Shown one piece after another: positions 11,819-22,430 of a DNA stretch of 64,000 nt. Position 1 is the first letter of the stretch, and the number at the start of each line of letters is the position of its first letter. This stretch comes from an uncultured Gemmatimonadales bacterium (GTDB lineage Bacteria; Gemmatimonadota; Gemmatimonadetes; Gemmatimonadales; GWC2-71-9): assembly GCA_963795085.1 (NCBI GenBank), contig CAWCFX010000004.1:352001-416000 (forward strand), in the 5' to 3' direction. The notes beneath the pieces are model-generated. The model was not told the DNA's origin, ran no database searches, and worked only from the letters and a program-made list of their open reading frames with translations. A program made the translations under genes and the position numbers.

Positions 11819-12361
11819 TCAGGTGACGGCGTCTGAGATCGGCGGCGCAACCGGCCGTACCAGGATGTGATCAGTCTGCGGGTCCGCGCCAACCCTGAAC
11901 ACCTGTTCCCCCGCGTTCACAAAGCCGAACTTGTGGTAGAACGCCTTGGCCCGCCCGTTGCGCTCCCACACGCCAAGCCACAGCGTTTGTACGCCGCGCA
12001 GATGGGCTTCGGCCTCCACGCTGGCCATGAGCGCCTGGGCAATACCCCGGCCCTGCCATGGCCGGGCAACATAAAACCGCCATACCTCAAGCGGCGACGC
12101 GCCTGTGACGCACGCCGGAGCCGGTCCGGCGCGCAGCTGCGCATAGCCGGCCAGCTCCCCGTCGGCCTCGACCAGGAGCGTGGCGATGCCGGGATCGGCA
12201 AGCTCCCGGCCCTGCTGCGCGGTCCCATACGCCCCAGCGATGTGAAGTGCCATGTCTTCCGGGCGATTATCGGGCGCAAAGGTCTCGCGAAACGTGCGGG
12301 CTGCCAGTTCAGCAAGCGTGGCCGCATCAGCCGCGACACCGCGTCGAATCATGATGTGCAT
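11819..12361 (-). CDS. GNAT N-acetyltransferase (PaiA-like)
   Basis: QGRGIAQAL, LWLGVWERNGRAKAFYHKFGF; GAGGAG SD. Confidence 0.88.
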   Translation of the reverse strand: MHIMIRRGVAADAATLAELAARTFRETFAPDNRPEDMALHIAGAYGTAQQGRELADPGIATLLVEADGELAGYAQLRAGPAPACVTGASPLEVWRFYVARPWQGRGIAQALMASVEAEAHLRGVQTLWLGVWERNGRAKAFYHKFGFVNAGEQVFRVGADPQTDHILVRPVAPPISDAVT

Positions 12362-12477
12362 GTTGATACTCCTCGAGCCGGATGCTCGTGCTGCCACCTG
12401 GTCCTGATGCCTGCTCCACCGGTTGTCCGGCTGACCGCTGGGGATCCTGGAGAGGCCGGTTCGTACCCCTCGGTCGG

Positions 12478-12510
12478 GAAAGAAAAAGGGCCCCTGTTCT
12501 GGGCCCTTCG
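12478..12510 (-). terminator. Intrinsic terminator after tRNA-Cys
   Basis: Minus strand AAGGGCCC-agaacag-GGGCCCTT followed by T-run. Confidence 0.7.
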
Positions 12511-12526
12511 TCCTTGTCCTTCATAG

Positions 12527-12598
<72 letters not shown>

Positions 12599-12612
12599 GG
12601 GGAAACAAAGAA

Positions 12613-12690
12613 AGGGGGCCAGGGGGCCAGCGGGCAAGGGGGGAATAAAGTGGGTCAGTGGGCCAGTGGGTCAGTGGGCCAGTGGGTCAG
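12613..12690. repeat. GGGGCCA-like units followed by 8-mer GTGGG(T/C)CA array
   Basis: gtgggtcagtgggccagtgggtcagtgggccagtgggtcag; last unit contains the AraC stop codon. Confidence 0.85.
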
Positions 12691-13532
12691 CGGGGGTAGT
12701 GGGGCTTGGGTCCGGGTTTCCGGTGGGCCTCGCGAAACGAGCGGGGGGTCGTGTTGAAGTGGCGCTTGAAGCAGCGGGTCAGGTGGCTCTGGTCCGCGAA
12801 CCCCGATCCGATCGCGATGGTCGCGATGGCTTCCGTCCCGTCCGCCAGCCGGTGCGCCGCCCGCTCCAGGCGAACCCGCCGGGCATACTCCCCGATGGAA
12901 GTGTGAAAATGGCGCCGGAAGGCCCGGGCCAGGTACCCCGGATGGACCCCCGCCGAGTCGGCCAGGGTTCCCAGGCGGAGGGCGGCGCCAGGCTCCTCGT
13001 GGAGCATCTCCTGGATCCGGCCGAGCCAGGCGGGCGGCCCCTGGCGGTCCCCACCGGGCGCTGCCCGGCTGGCGGTGACCAGCATCTCCAGCAGAAACGC
13101 CTCCATGGCCAGCGCGCTCCAGCTGTCGGGGGTTTGTACCTCGAGCGCCAGGCGTGACGCCATCGCCGATATGCCGCCGTGGCGCATGAAGGCGATGCCG
13201 TCGAAGAGGGGCCGGAACGGCCGCCACAGCTCGGCCTCCTCCAGCCCCGGCATGAGCACCAGCACCTCGGCGCCGCCGGATCCGACGTAGTTGGCGTGGC
13301 TCTCTCCCGCCGGCTCGACCGCGATGCTGGTGGGGGTGCAGTCGAAGGTTCGTCGGCGGAACGACAGGTCGAACGACCCGCCCAGCATCACGGCGAACGT
13401 GGGATGGTCGTGGGTATGCCGGGCGATGGTGGACCCGGGCGGGAACCACGCGTGCACGATCCCGCATCCCCTTACCGAAGCATGCTGAAACCGGGGACTG
13501 CCCAGGGTCACTGGTACCGGTGTGTCTGGCAT
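12687..13532 (-). CDS. AraC family transcriptional regulator with cupin sensor domain
   Basis: HTHDH cupin; GVHPGYLARAFRR and GFADQSHLTRCFKRHFNTTP HTH. Confidence 0.92.
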   Translation of the reverse strand: MPDTPVPVTLGSPRFQHASVRGCGIVHAWFPPGSTIARHTHDHPTFAVMLGGSFDLSFRRRTFDCTPTSIAVEPAGESHANYVGSGGAEVLVLMPGLEEAELWRPFRPLFDGIAFMRHGGISAMASRLALEVQTPDSWSALAMEAFLLEMLVTASRAAPGGDRQGPPAWLGRIQEMLHEEPGAALRLGTLADSAGVHPGYLARAFRRHFHTSIGEYARRVRLERAAHRLADGTEAIATIAIGSGFADQSHLTRCFKRHFNTTPRSFREAHRKPGPKPHYPR

Positions 13533-13679
13533 GGCAACCTCCTGTCAAGGCGACGAGCGGAGGAGCCCTGCTTGCACCGTCTCGAGGTTACAGGCGTTCC
13601 AGAACTCACACCCGGTTCAAGACGCCCTGCCCGCCCTCCCCTATCGTGGGTCTCCAACGACCTTTCACCAGGAGATCCT

Positions 13680-14318
13680 ATGTCCTTCCATCGTCACTAC
13701 TTGGCATCCATGGCCCTGGGCGCAATGCTCGCCGCCTGCGGGGAACCTGCCGACCCGGCCACGACAGGCGCCGGCTCGGCCTACGGGGTGCCCGCCGAGG
13801 CCTCGGCAGTCCCGGCGCAGGCTCGCGCCACTGCGGCGGCCGCCCGCCTGGAAGCGGAGTATGATTTCCTCGTTCCGGCCAGCTTCAACGGCGGGATCTT
13901 CGGCGTGGACATCGAGAACCGGGTCAGCGTGAACGCACGGCTGAGCGCCAACGGGGAAATCTCGGGGCGGTATCACTACCGGCAGAGCGTCGAGGGGGAG
14001 GATTTCATCTTCGCGGGCAACGTGACCTGCTTCCAGGTCTATGACACGCCGGTGCTCCAGCGGTTCCCCGGCATTCCGGCCATGACCGCAAACCGGGCGA
14101 AGTGGGGCGGCCTGATCGTAGAATCCAACGACCCCACGCTGCCGGCCGGTGGCTACATCTGGTTCCAGTCCATTGACAATGGAAGTTTCACCGACGTCAG
14201 CACGCTCAGCGGCTTTGGGGATGAGGCGGCCAACGAGGCATTCTGCGCCAGTGCCAATGTTCCCAACGCGAACTTCGGCCCTCACGCCCTGCGGCGAGGA
14301 GACATCCGAGTGCAGTGA
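13680..14318 (+). CDS. Hypothetical lipoprotein divergent from the AraC gene
   Basis: AGGAG SD, ATG 13680, lipobox LAAC. Confidence 0.7.
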   Translation: MSFHRHYLASMALGAMLAACGEPADPATTGAGSAYGVPAEASAVPAQARATAAAARLEAEYDFLVPASFNGGIFGVDIENRVSVNARLSANGEISGRYHYRQSVEGEDFIFAGNVTCFQVYDTPVLQRFPGIPAMTANRAKWGGLIVESNDPTLPAGGYIWFQSIDNGSFTDVSTLSGFGDEAANEAFCASANVPNANFGPHALRRGDIRVQ

Positions 14319-14407
14319 AACCGCACGAATGAGCAGTGAGCCGGACTGGTGCCTGATGCTGGTGAACTGCCAGCCAGGCATCAGTCCCGCTCTCTCCTCA
14401 CCTCTCA

Positions 14408-14902
14408 CTACACATGCACTTCCCTCGCCCCTTCCACCTCCAGGCACTGTTTGGCCAGGCCGACCCGGTCGTCGTGCGCGTTGACGCCCACCAGGACGCC
14501 GCCGGACCGAATTTCGTCGGCGTAGAGCTTGGCCTCGTGTTCGGGGATGCCCATGCCGGCGATGGCGCCGATGATGCCGCCGGCGGCTCCCCCGGCCCCG
14601 GCACCGGCCAGGGCGGCCACGATCGGGCCGGCCGCCAACAGTCCCAGGCCGGGAAGCGCAATGGCTCCCACCGCCACGAGGGCGGCCGCGGCAGCGCCGA
14701 GGACCCCGCCGGTTGCGGCGCCAAGGGCGGCTCCTTCCGGCGCCTTGGTGCCGGTATCGACCCCGAACTGCCGTCCCGGCAGGGTCGAATCCGCGGCAAG
14801 GGCGCTGATGTCGTCGCGGGAAAATCCGGCCTCCAACAGCCGGTCGATGGCCAGCCGGGCGGTATCGCGGTCCCGGTAAACGGCGGTCACTGCTTTGGAC
14901 AT
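14408..14902 (-). CDS. General stress/YflT-like membrane protein with glycine zipper
   Basis: AIDRLLEAGFSRDDIS, Gly/Ala-rich TM segment, MGIPEHEAKLYADEIRSGGVLV. Confidence 0.8.
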   Translation of the reverse strand: MSKAVTAVYRDRDTARLAIDRLLEAGFSRDDISALAADSTLPGRQFGVDTGTKAPEGAALGAATGGVLGAAAAALVAVGAIALPGLGLLAAGPIVAALAGAGAGGAAGGIIGAIAGMGIPEHEAKLYADEIRSGGVLVGVNAHDDRVGLAKQCLEVEGAREVHV

Positions 14903-15011
14903 AAGGCCTCTTCAGAGATTGGATGATTCGTCATTCGCGAATAGCTTCCGTCCAGCCCGATCGCATCCGCTAATCGCCAAACACTAATCGCTAATCTCCA
15001 CCCCCCGCACC

Positions 15012-15890
15012 GTGACCTCTCTCACGCCCGCCGTCACGCGCTTCGCCCCGTCCCCCACCGGACACCTCCACTTGGGGCACGTGGTGAACGCGCTCTATGT
15101 CTGGGGCGTGGCCAGGGCGTCGGGCGGGAGGGTACTGCTCCGGATGGAGGACCACGACCGCCAGCGGAGCCGCCCGGAGTACGAGCGGTCCATCCTGGAG
15201 GACCTGGGCTGGCTGGGGCTCGAAGCCGATGGGCCGCTGGTGCGTCAGAGTGAACGGGGAGCGATCTACGCCGAGCACCTGGAGCGGCTGGAACGGCGCG
15301 GCCTGGCCTATGCCTGCATCTGCTCGCGGCGCGACGTCTCCCTCGTCTCGCCGGTGGAACCGGGGCAGGAACCACGTTATCCGGGGACCTGCCGCGGCCA
15401 GGGGGTGGCCTGGGAGCCGGGGTTGAGCCGGCGCGTCATCCTCAGCGAAGACCCCGTGGTGTTTTCCGATCTTCGGCTGGGAAGGCAACACCAGGTCCCG
15501 GCGGAGCAGTGCGGCGACCTCCTGGCCAAGGACCGGCTGAGCAACTGGACCTACCAGTTTGCCGTGACGGTGGACGATTACCTGCAGGGCGTGACCCTGG
15601 TGATCCGGGGTGAGGACCTGCTGCCGTCCACCGGGCGGCAGATCCTGCTGGGGAAGATGCTGGGGCGGAGCCAGCTGGCGGCGTTTCTCCATCACGGGCT
15701 GATCCTGAACCCGGACGGCGAGAAGCTGAGCAAGGCCCGGCGGGACACCGGGATCCGGGAACTCCGGGCCGCGGGGGAGAGTCCTCGGCGGGTCCTGGGC
15801 CGAGCGGCCCATGCGGTGGGCCTGATCGACGCCGTGCGCGACCTGGGCCTGGACGAGCTCCCGGGGCTCGTGGGTCCCGTTAGCGGATGA
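15012..15890 (+). CDS. gluQ: Glutamyl-Q tRNA(Asp) synthetase
   Basis: RFAPSPTGHLHLGH, YACICSR, IRGEDLL, KLSK; lacks anticodon-binding domain. Confidence 0.82.
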   Translation: MTSLTPAVTRFAPSPTGHLHLGHVVNALYVWGVARASGGRVLLRMEDHDRQRSRPEYERSILEDLGWLGLEADGPLVRQSERGAIYAEHLERLERRGLAYACICSRRDVSLVSPVEPGQEPRYPGTCRGQGVAWEPGLSRRVILSEDPVVFSDLRLGRQHQVPAEQCGDLLAKDRLSNWTYQFAVTVDDYLQGVTLVIRGEDLLPSTGRQILLGKMLGRSQLAAFLHHGLILNPDGEKLSKARRDTGIRELRAAGESPRRVLGRAAHAVGLIDAVRDLGLDELPGLVGPVSG

Positions 15891-17139
15891 ATTCCACTTC
15901 TTCCGGCGCGGCCACCAGGTCGTACTCTCCTTCCCAGCGGGCCATGACCGCCGTCGCGAGACAGTTGCCCACCAGGTTGACCGTGGTCCGCGCCATGTCC
16001 ATCAGCTCGTCCACGCCGAGGATCACGGCCACGCCTTCAAGCGGCAGGCCGAACTGCACCAGCACGCCGGAGAGGATGACCAGCGAGGCGCGGGGCACCG
16101 CGGCCACGCCTTTGCTGGTAATGAGCAGGGTCAGCATCATGATCAGCTGCTGTCCCATGGTCAGGTCCACTCCCGCGGCCTGGGCCACGAAGATCGCGGC
16201 GAGCGAGAGATAGAGCGTGGAGCCGTCGAGGTTGAACGAGTACCCCGTGGGCAGTACGAAGGCGACGATCCGGCGCGGCACCCCCAGCCGCTCCATGTTC
16301 TCCATGGCCTTGGGCAGGGCCGCTTCCGACGAGGTGGTGGCAAAGGCGATGAGGGCCGGTTCCTTGACCAGCCGGAAGAACTTGCGGAACGGCAGCTTGA
16401 TGATCAGCGCCACCGGCACCAGTGCCACCAGGATGAACACGATCAGCGCGCCGTAGAGCGTCAGCACCAGCAGCAGCAGGTTCTTGAGCACCCCGATGCC
16501 GCTGTGCCCCACCGTCACCGCGATCGCCGCCCCGATGCCGATGGGGGCGTATTTCATGACGATCCCGGTGAACTTGAACATCACCTGCGTCAGTCCTTCG
16601 CAGAAATTGAGCATCGTCTCCTTGGGCTTACCCTTGACCTGGGAAAGCCCGATCGCGAACAGGATCGAGAAGAAGACGATCTGCAGCACTTCGTTCCTGG
16701 CTGCTGCTTCGAAGAAGCTCTGGGGGACGGTGTGCTCCAGGACGCTCCCGAAGGTCGGCTTGGCCGCCGCGAGTGCGCTGGTCTGGGTCGTGTCCACGCC
16801 CTCGGGGGCGCTCAGCACCACCCCGACGCCGGGCTTGGTGATGTGAACCGCGGCCAGCCCCACCACCAGCGCCACCGTGGTGACGATCTCGAAGTAGATG
16901 ATGGCCTTGAGCGCCAGCTTGCCGACCTGCTTCATGTCGTCGCCGTGACCGGCGATGCCAATCACCAGGCTGCCGAAGATGATCGGCACGATGATGGACT
17001 TGATCATCCGCAGAAAGACCGTGGACAGCGGCTTGAGGTTCTGGGCGGTATCCGGCCAGGCCCAGCCCACCGCCGCGCCCACGATCATCATGATGATGAT
17101 CCACTTGGTCAGCGAAATGCTCTTCAGGAAATTCCACAT
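15880..17139 (-). CDS. Dicarboxylate/amino acid:cation symporter (GltP/DctA family)
   Basis: FATTSSEAALP, PTGYSFNLDGS, DMARTTVNLVGN. Confidence 0.93.
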   Translation of the reverse strand: MWNFLKSISLTKWIIIMMIVGAAVGWAWPDTAQNLKPLSTVFLRMIKSIIVPIIFGSLVIGIAGHGDDMKQVGKLALKAIIYFEIVTTVALVVGLAAVHITKPGVGVVLSAPEGVDTTQTSALAAAKPTFGSVLEHTVPQSFFEAAARNEVLQIVFFSILFAIGLSQVKGKPKETMLNFCEGLTQVMFKFTGIVMKYAPIGIGAAIAVTVGHSGIGVLKNLLLLVLTLYGALIVFILVALVPVALIIKLPFRKFFRLVKEPALIAFATTSSEAALPKAMENMERLGVPRRIVAFVLPTGYSFNLDGSTLYLSLAAIFVAQAAGVDLTMGQQLIMMLTLLITSKGVAAVPRASLVILSGVLVQFGLPLEGVAVILGVDELMDMARTTVNLVGNCLATAVMARWEGEYDLVAAPEEVEFIR

Positions 17140-17256
17140 GGGGAACCGGGCTTTCTCTGGCGTCGGATGTGCGGCCGCCCCGGGGCCGTGGTTGGCGGGC
17201 GGGGCGGGTACGGAGGAAGAAACGGTGGAGTTGAACGGCCGGCGCCCGGCGGCGCC

Positions 17257-18363
17257 TCAGCGGCCGGCGAGCGCCTCGGCCTTGGACTCGATGCCGGCCA
17301 GCAGGGATTCGTAGGAGGCCGCGAAACTGGCCACGCCTTCGGTCTCCAGCTCGGCGGTGACCCGGTCCAGGTCAACACCGGCGGCCTTCAGGCCGGCAAG
17401 CTGGCCGGGAGCCCGGGCCATCCCGTCCCGGATCCGGACTGCCGGGTCGCCGTGGTCGCGATAGGCCTCGAAGGTCGCCGGCGGGAGCGTGTTGACCGAG
17501 CGGGGCGCCACCAGCGCCTCCACGTAATAGATGTCGGGGTAGCGCTTGTCCTTGGTGCTGGTCGAGGCCCAGAGGGGCCGCTGTACCTGGGCGCCCTCGG
17601 CCTCCAGTTTCTGCCAGCGGGCGCCGGCGAACTGCCGCTCGAAGAGCTCATAGGCCATGCAGGCGTTGGCGATGGCGGCAGTGCCGCGGAGGCCCTGCGG
17701 GTCTCCCTTCGCATCGAGCAGCGGGTCCACCTTGCCATCGACCCGGCTCACGAAGAAACTGGCGACCGACCGGATCCGCTCGACCGAACCGCCGGCCTTC
17801 AGCCGACGCTCCAGGCCGGAGAAATAGGCTTCGATGACCCGGGCGTAGCGGTCCAGCGAGAAGAGCAGGGTGACGTTGATGCTGATGCCCTCGGCCAGGC
17901 TGGCCGCGATGGCTTCGAGGCCCGCCTCGGTGCCCGGAATCTTGATCATCACGTTGGGCCGGTCCACCGAGCGCCAGAGCCGGGCGGCTTCCTCGATGGT
18001 GCGCGCGGTGTCGTGGGCCAGCGCCGGCGATACCTCCAGCGAGACCAGGCCGTGAAGCCCGTCACTGGATTCATACAGGGGCCGGAACTCGTCGCAGGCC
18101 TCCTGCACGTCGGACACCGCGATGGCTTCGAAGATTTCCTGCGGCGAGTGGCCCGCGGCCGAGAGCCGCCGGATGTCGCCGTCGTAGAGGTCGCTTCCGC
18201 CAATCGCCTTCTCGAAGATGGTGGGATTGGAGGTCATGCCCTGGAGCGAGTCCGCCTGGATCAGCCGGGCCAGCTCGCCCGAGTGCACCAGGTCGCGGGT
18301 GATGAAATCGTACCAGGGGCTCTGGCCCAGTTCGGCCAGCCGCGCGAGCGGGTTCTTTTCCAT
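17257..18363 (-). CDS. tal: Transaldolase
   Basis: Start MEKNPL abuts the tkt stop; GMTSNPTIFEKAI, VMIKIP, NVTLLFS, RPLWASTS. Confidence 0.95.
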   Translation of the reverse strand: MEKNPLARLAELGQSPWYDFITRDLVHSGELARLIQADSLQGMTSNPTIFEKAIGGSDLYDGDIRRLSAAGHSPQEIFEAIAVSDVQEACDEFRPLYESSDGLHGLVSLEVSPALAHDTARTIEEAARLWRSVDRPNVMIKIPGTEAGLEAIAASLAEGISINVTLLFSLDRYARVIEAYFSGLERRLKAGGSVERIRSVASFFVSRVDGKVDPLLDAKGDPQGLRGTAAIANACMAYELFERQFAGARWQKLEAEGAQVQRPLWASTSTKDKRYPDIYYVEALVAPRSVNTLPPATFEAYRDHGDPAVRIRDGMARAPGQLAGLKAAGVDLDRVTAELETEGVASFAASYESLLAGIESKAEALAGR

Positions 18364-20372
18364 TAGCGGGTCCCCCGCACGCGCTTGAACGCGTCGGCCA
18401 TCCGCTCCGCCGTCAGGCCGAACTCGCGGTACAGCACCTCCGCCGGCGCCGATGCGCCGAAGTGATCCAGTCCCAGCACGGTGCCGCCGTCTCCCACGTA
18501 GCGGGACCAGCCGAAGGTGCTCGCCGCCTCCATGGACACCCGCACGGTCAGGGCACGTGGCAGCACCGACTCCCGGTAGCCGGCCGGTTGCTGGTCGAAC
18601 AGTTCCCACGAGGGCAGCGAGACCACCCGGGCCGCGATGCCCTCGGCCGCCAGGAGGTCGGCCGCGGCGAGCGCGATATGGACCTCGGACCCGGTCGCCA
18701 GCAGGATGCCTTCCGCATTGGCGGCATCCCGCAGCACGTAGCCGCCCTGCCGGAGTCCGGCGGCGGGAGCGACCGCCGCGCGATCGAGGATGGGGAGCTT
18801 CTGCCGGGAGAGGGCCAGCACGGTGGGGCCGTCGGTACGTTCCAGGGCGACCCGCCAGGCCTCGACCGTCTCGTTGGCGTCGGCCGGCCGGAGGGTGACC
18901 ACGTTGGGCATGGCCCGGAGCATGGCCAGCTGTTCCACCGGCTGGTGGGTCGGTCCGTCCTCGCCCAGGCCGATGGAATCGTGGGTACCGATAAAGATGA
19001 CGGGGAGCTTCGAGAGGGCGGCCAGCCGCACCGCCGGTTTCATGTAGTCGAAGAAAATGAGGAAGGTGCTGCCGAACCCGCGGAGGCCGCCGTGCGCCGC
19101 CAGCCCATTGAGACATGCGCCCATCGCATGTTCCCGGACGCCCCAGTGGATGTTGCGGCCGGTGGTCTCCGGCCCCATTTCGCCGCCGTTCTTGATCACG
19201 GCCCCGGTGCTGCCCGCCAGGTCGGCCGAGCCCCCGACCAGGTTGGTGACGACCGGGGTGAGGGCGTTGAGCGCCGACTGGGAGGCCTGCCTGGTCGCCA
19301 GCTTTCCATCCTTGGGGGTAAAAACCGGGAAGTTGGCATCCCAGCCATCGGGTAATCGGCCCGACATCCACTGGTCGAATTCCCGGGACAACTCCGGGTG
19401 GTGGGTGGCAAATTCGTCCCTGGTGGCCAACCAGGCCGTCTCGAGATCCTCGCCCCGGCCCTTCGCGTCCAGCATGTGATCCCGCACGTCGGCAGGCACC
19501 ACGAACGGGGCTTCGGTCCACCCCATGACCGCCTTGGTCGCCTTGACCTCCTCGGCCCCCAGGGGGGCGCCATGAGATTCCGGCGTGTTCCGCTTGGTCG
19601 GGGCTGGGTCCGCGATCACCGTCCGCATGACGATCAGCACCGGCCGGGTCGTCTCCGCGATGGCCGCCTCGTAGGCCCCGGCGATGTCGGCCAGGTCGTT
19701 GCCATCCTTGACGTGGAGCACCTTCCAGCCGTATGCCTCGTAGCGCCGGCCCCGGTCCTCGGTGAAGGCGATGTCGGTCTGGCCGTCGATGGTGATCCGG
19801 TTGTCGTCGTAAATCACCTTGAGGTTGCCCAGCCGGAGGTGGCCGGCCAGGGACGAGGCCTCGCTGGCCACGCCTTCCATCAGGTCACCATCACTGGCGA
19901 ACACCCAGACCCGGTGGTTGACCACCGGGTGGTCCGGCCGGTTGAACCGGTCGGCGAGCATCCGGGTGGCGATGCCCATGCCCACCGAGTTCCCCAGTCC
20001 CTGGCCGAGGGGGCCGGTGGTGACCTCGACGCCCTGGGTATGGCCCCGCTCGGGGTGGCCCGGAGTCCGCGACCCGAACTGGCGGAAATGTCGGATATCC
20101 TCGAGCGAGAGGTCGTAGCCGGTCAGGTGCAGCAGGGAGTACAGGAGCATCGAGGCGTGCCCGGCCGAGAGAATGAACCGGTCGCGGTCGGGCCAGTCGG
20201 GATTGGCGGGGTTGTGCCGGAGGTAGCGGGTCCAGAGGAGGTAGGCCGCCGGCGCCAGCGCCATGGGCGTTCCCGGGTGTCCCGATTGCGCCTGCTCTAC
20301 GGCATCCATGGAAAGGGCGCGAATGGTGTCAATGCATCGCTGGTCCAGGCCGGAATCGGAAGTCTGATTCAA
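18363..20372 (-). CDS. tkt: Transketolase
   Basis: [42 protein letters not shown]. Confidence 0.97.
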   Translation of the reverse strand: MNQTSDSGLDQRCIDTIRALSMDAVEQAQSGHPGTPMALAPAAYLLWTRYLRHNPANPDWPDRDRFILSAGHASMLLYSLLHLTGYDLSLEDIRHFRQFGSRTPGHPERGHTQGVEVTTGPLGQGLGNSVGMGIATRMLADRFNRPDHPVVNHRVWVFASDGDLMEGVASEASSLAGHLRLGNLKVIYDDNRITIDGQTDIAFTEDRGRRYEAYGWKVLHVKDGNDLADIAGAYEAAIAETTRPVLIVMRTVIADPAPTKRNTPESHGAPLGAEEVKATKAVMGWTEAPFVVPADVRDHMLDAKGRGEDLETAWLATRDEFATHHPELSREFDQWMSGRLPDGWDANFPVFTPKDGKLATRQASQSALNALTPVVTNLVGGSADLAGSTGAVIKNGGEMGPETTGRNIHWGVREHAMGACLNGLAAHGGLRGFGSTFLIFFDYMKPAVRLAALSKLPVIFIGTHDSIGLGEDGPTHQPVEQLAMLRAMPNVVTLRPADANETVEAWRVALERTDGPTVLALSRQKLPILDRAAVAPAAGLRQGGYVLRDAANAEGILLATGSEVHIALAAADLLAAEGIAARVVSLPSWELFDQQPAGYRESVLPRALTVRVSMEAASTFGWSRYVGDGGTVLGLDHFGASAPAEVLYREFGLTAERMADAFKRVRGTR

Positions 20373-20563
20373 GGGAATCGGGAGGCTGGGAGCGGGAGAG
20401 ATGGTCGTCAGGATTCGTCTCCAGTGATGGGAAATCCGTGGCGCCCTGATCGGGACGTCCCAAAATAATCAGCCATCACCCTCTGGCCTATGGGCAAATC
20501 CGGCGGGAACCGGCTCCGGCCTTCCCGGTATAACTGTAATAGTCAACCAGGGCGCGCAGAACC

Positions 20564-21439
20564 ATGACCAGTACCGGCATCGAACGCACCTACGAAATCA
20601 GCCAGGCAGCCCGGCTCACCGGGCTGGCCCCTTCGCGGCTCCGGGCGTGGGAGCGCCGGTACCAGGTCTTCCGCCCCACCCGGCTTCCCAACGGCTACCG
20701 GGTGTACACGGCGGGCCAGGTCGCCCTGCTGCGCGCCTTTGCCCGGCTGATCGAGCGAGGCGACAAGATCGGCAACCTGGTCAGGCTCCCGCCCGAAGAA
20801 GTCCTGCTGGCTGCGGAGATGGTGGCCTCCGCGGACGCGGCGCCTCCGGTGCTGCTGGAGGCCACGGTCGCGTTGGACCGGGACCGGCTGGAGAGCCTGG
20901 TCAGCCAGGAGATCCTGGATCGGGGCCTGGTGGGCTTCGCGGAAGCCACGGTGATCCCTTTTTCCCAAACGGTGGGGGACATGTGGGCCCTGGGCGTCCT
21001 GCCGGTCGCCGCTGAGCATCTGGCGAGCGAGGTGATCGTGCAGGCGCTGAAGGCGGGAATCCGGGAGTCCCGAGAGACCGGACCGCTGGTGGTCGCCTCC
21101 ACCATGCCGGGCGAGCGGCATGAGTGGGGATTCCTGGCCACCCTGGCGGCGTTACAGGGCCGGGGATGGAGAATCCACTACCTGGGCCCGGACCTGCCGC
21201 TGGGCGACCTGGTCATGGCGGCATGGCGGCTTCGGCCCCGCTGCGTCGCCCTGAGCGCCAGCGATCCGGAGGTCGTGGTGTCCAACCTGGCGGGCCTCTC
21301 GGACCTGCCGCACCGGCTTCCCCCCGGGGCGGAGGCGGTCATCGGAGGCGGCGGCATCGCCACTCACACCCGGCGGCTGGCCGCCTGCGGGTTCCGGCTG
21401 GGGACGGATGCCCGGGCTTTTCCGGGGCAGGAGAGTTGA
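20564..21439 (+). CDS. MerR-family B12-binding regulator (CarH/LitR-like)
   Basis: LRAWERRY MerR HTH; W-x9-EH (WALGVLPVAAEH) and ERHEWG cobalamin motifs; YLGPDLP. Confidence 0.85.
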   Translation: MTSTGIERTYEISQAARLTGLAPSRLRAWERRYQVFRPTRLPNGYRVYTAGQVALLRAFARLIERGDKIGNLVRLPPEEVLLAAEMVASADAAPPVLLEATVALDRDRLESLVSQEILDRGLVGFAEATVIPFSQTVGDMWALGVLPVAAEHLASEVIVQALKAGIRESRETGPLVVASTMPGERHEWGFLATLAALQGRGWRIHYLGPDLPLGDLVMAAWRLRPRCVALSASDPEVVVSNLAGLSDLPHRLPPGAEAVIGGGGIATHTRRLAACGFRLGTDARAFPGQES

Positions 21440-21516
21440 GGTTCGAATCTCAGATTGAGATTTTCAGACCTTTTTCAGACCTCTGGGAAGGCAGGACCAG
21501 CTGCCCTCTGCCCACG

Positions 21517-21579
21517 CTGCACTCTGCACTCTGCACGCTGCACACTGCACGCTGCACGCTGCACGCTGCACACTGCACG
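21517..21579 (+). repeat. Tandem 7-mer CTGCAC(T/G/A) x9
   Basis: Read directly. Confidence 0.92.
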
Positions 21580-21674
21580 CTACAAACTACCCCGCCCCTC
21601 CATCTCTCCCGGCGACCGTGTTATTATCTGCGGCCTGCGGGCTTCTCGGGCACTGACCTCATTGGGAGTGTTTT

Positions 21675-22325
21675 GTGGCGAACGACGAACCGGATTATCT
21701 CAAGGCGCTGAAGCGCACCCAGGAACGAAACAAGAGCGGCGGAACCGCCCGGGTGGTGGCGGGTGCCACGGCTCCCAGAGAGGCGCCGCTGGGCCAGGCC
21801 GAGCGAGAGGCGCTGCGCTGGGCGCGGGAGGTGGCGGGCCAGGATGTCCGGCCGGCGCCTTCGCTGCACGGGGCCAAGTGCGCCTTCCTGTCGCAGCCCA
21901 AGACCTATGACGGCAAGGCGCCCATCATGCTGGACGGGGTCGCCAGCCGGGAGGCCCTGCTGAGCCGGTACGAGGCCGCGACCAGCTTCGGCGACAAGGT
22001 CCTGGGGCTGTATGACGTCACCAGCTCCCGGCCGCTCACGGTGGAGACCAAGGAGGGCAAGACCACCTTTGTGGCCGGGCCGGTGCGGCAGGTGGGCAAG
22101 GCGCTGAGCCCGGAGCAGATGATCCGGAAGGCGGCGGCGGAGGCGGCCCAGCTGGCCAAGACCCGGAAGCCGGACGACCTGATGAAAGGCAACCGGGGGG
22201 CCCGGGGTGGTCCTGGTGGCGCCGGCGGCCGAGGCCAGGGTGGCCGCGGTGGGCAGGGGGGTCGGGGCGGCGGCCCTGGAGGCCCGGGCGGGCCCCCCGG
22301 GGGTGGAGCACCCCGGGGCCGGTAG
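21675..22325 (+). CDS. Hypothetical protein with Gly/Arg-rich (RGG) C-terminal tail
   Basis: GGGAG SD, GTG start, coding-like codon use. Confidence 0.72.
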   Translation: MANDEPDYLKALKRTQERNKSGGTARVVAGATAPREAPLGQAEREALRWAREVAGQDVRPAPSLHGAKCAFLSQPKTYDGKAPIMLDGVASREALLSRYEAATSFGDKVLGLYDVTSSRPLTVETKEGKTTFVAGPVRQVGKALSPEQMIRKAAAEAAQLAKTRKPDDLMKGNRGARGGPGGAGGRGQGGRGGQGGRGGGPGGPGGPPGGGAPRGR

Positions 22326-22430
22326 GGCGGTCTATGGTCAAACCGGCGTCAATGTTGTACTTTAAGACGTTCCCTGAGCCCTGGGCCGACTGGCCCCGGG
22401 CTCGTAACTTGAACCCCAGTAAGAGTTTTT

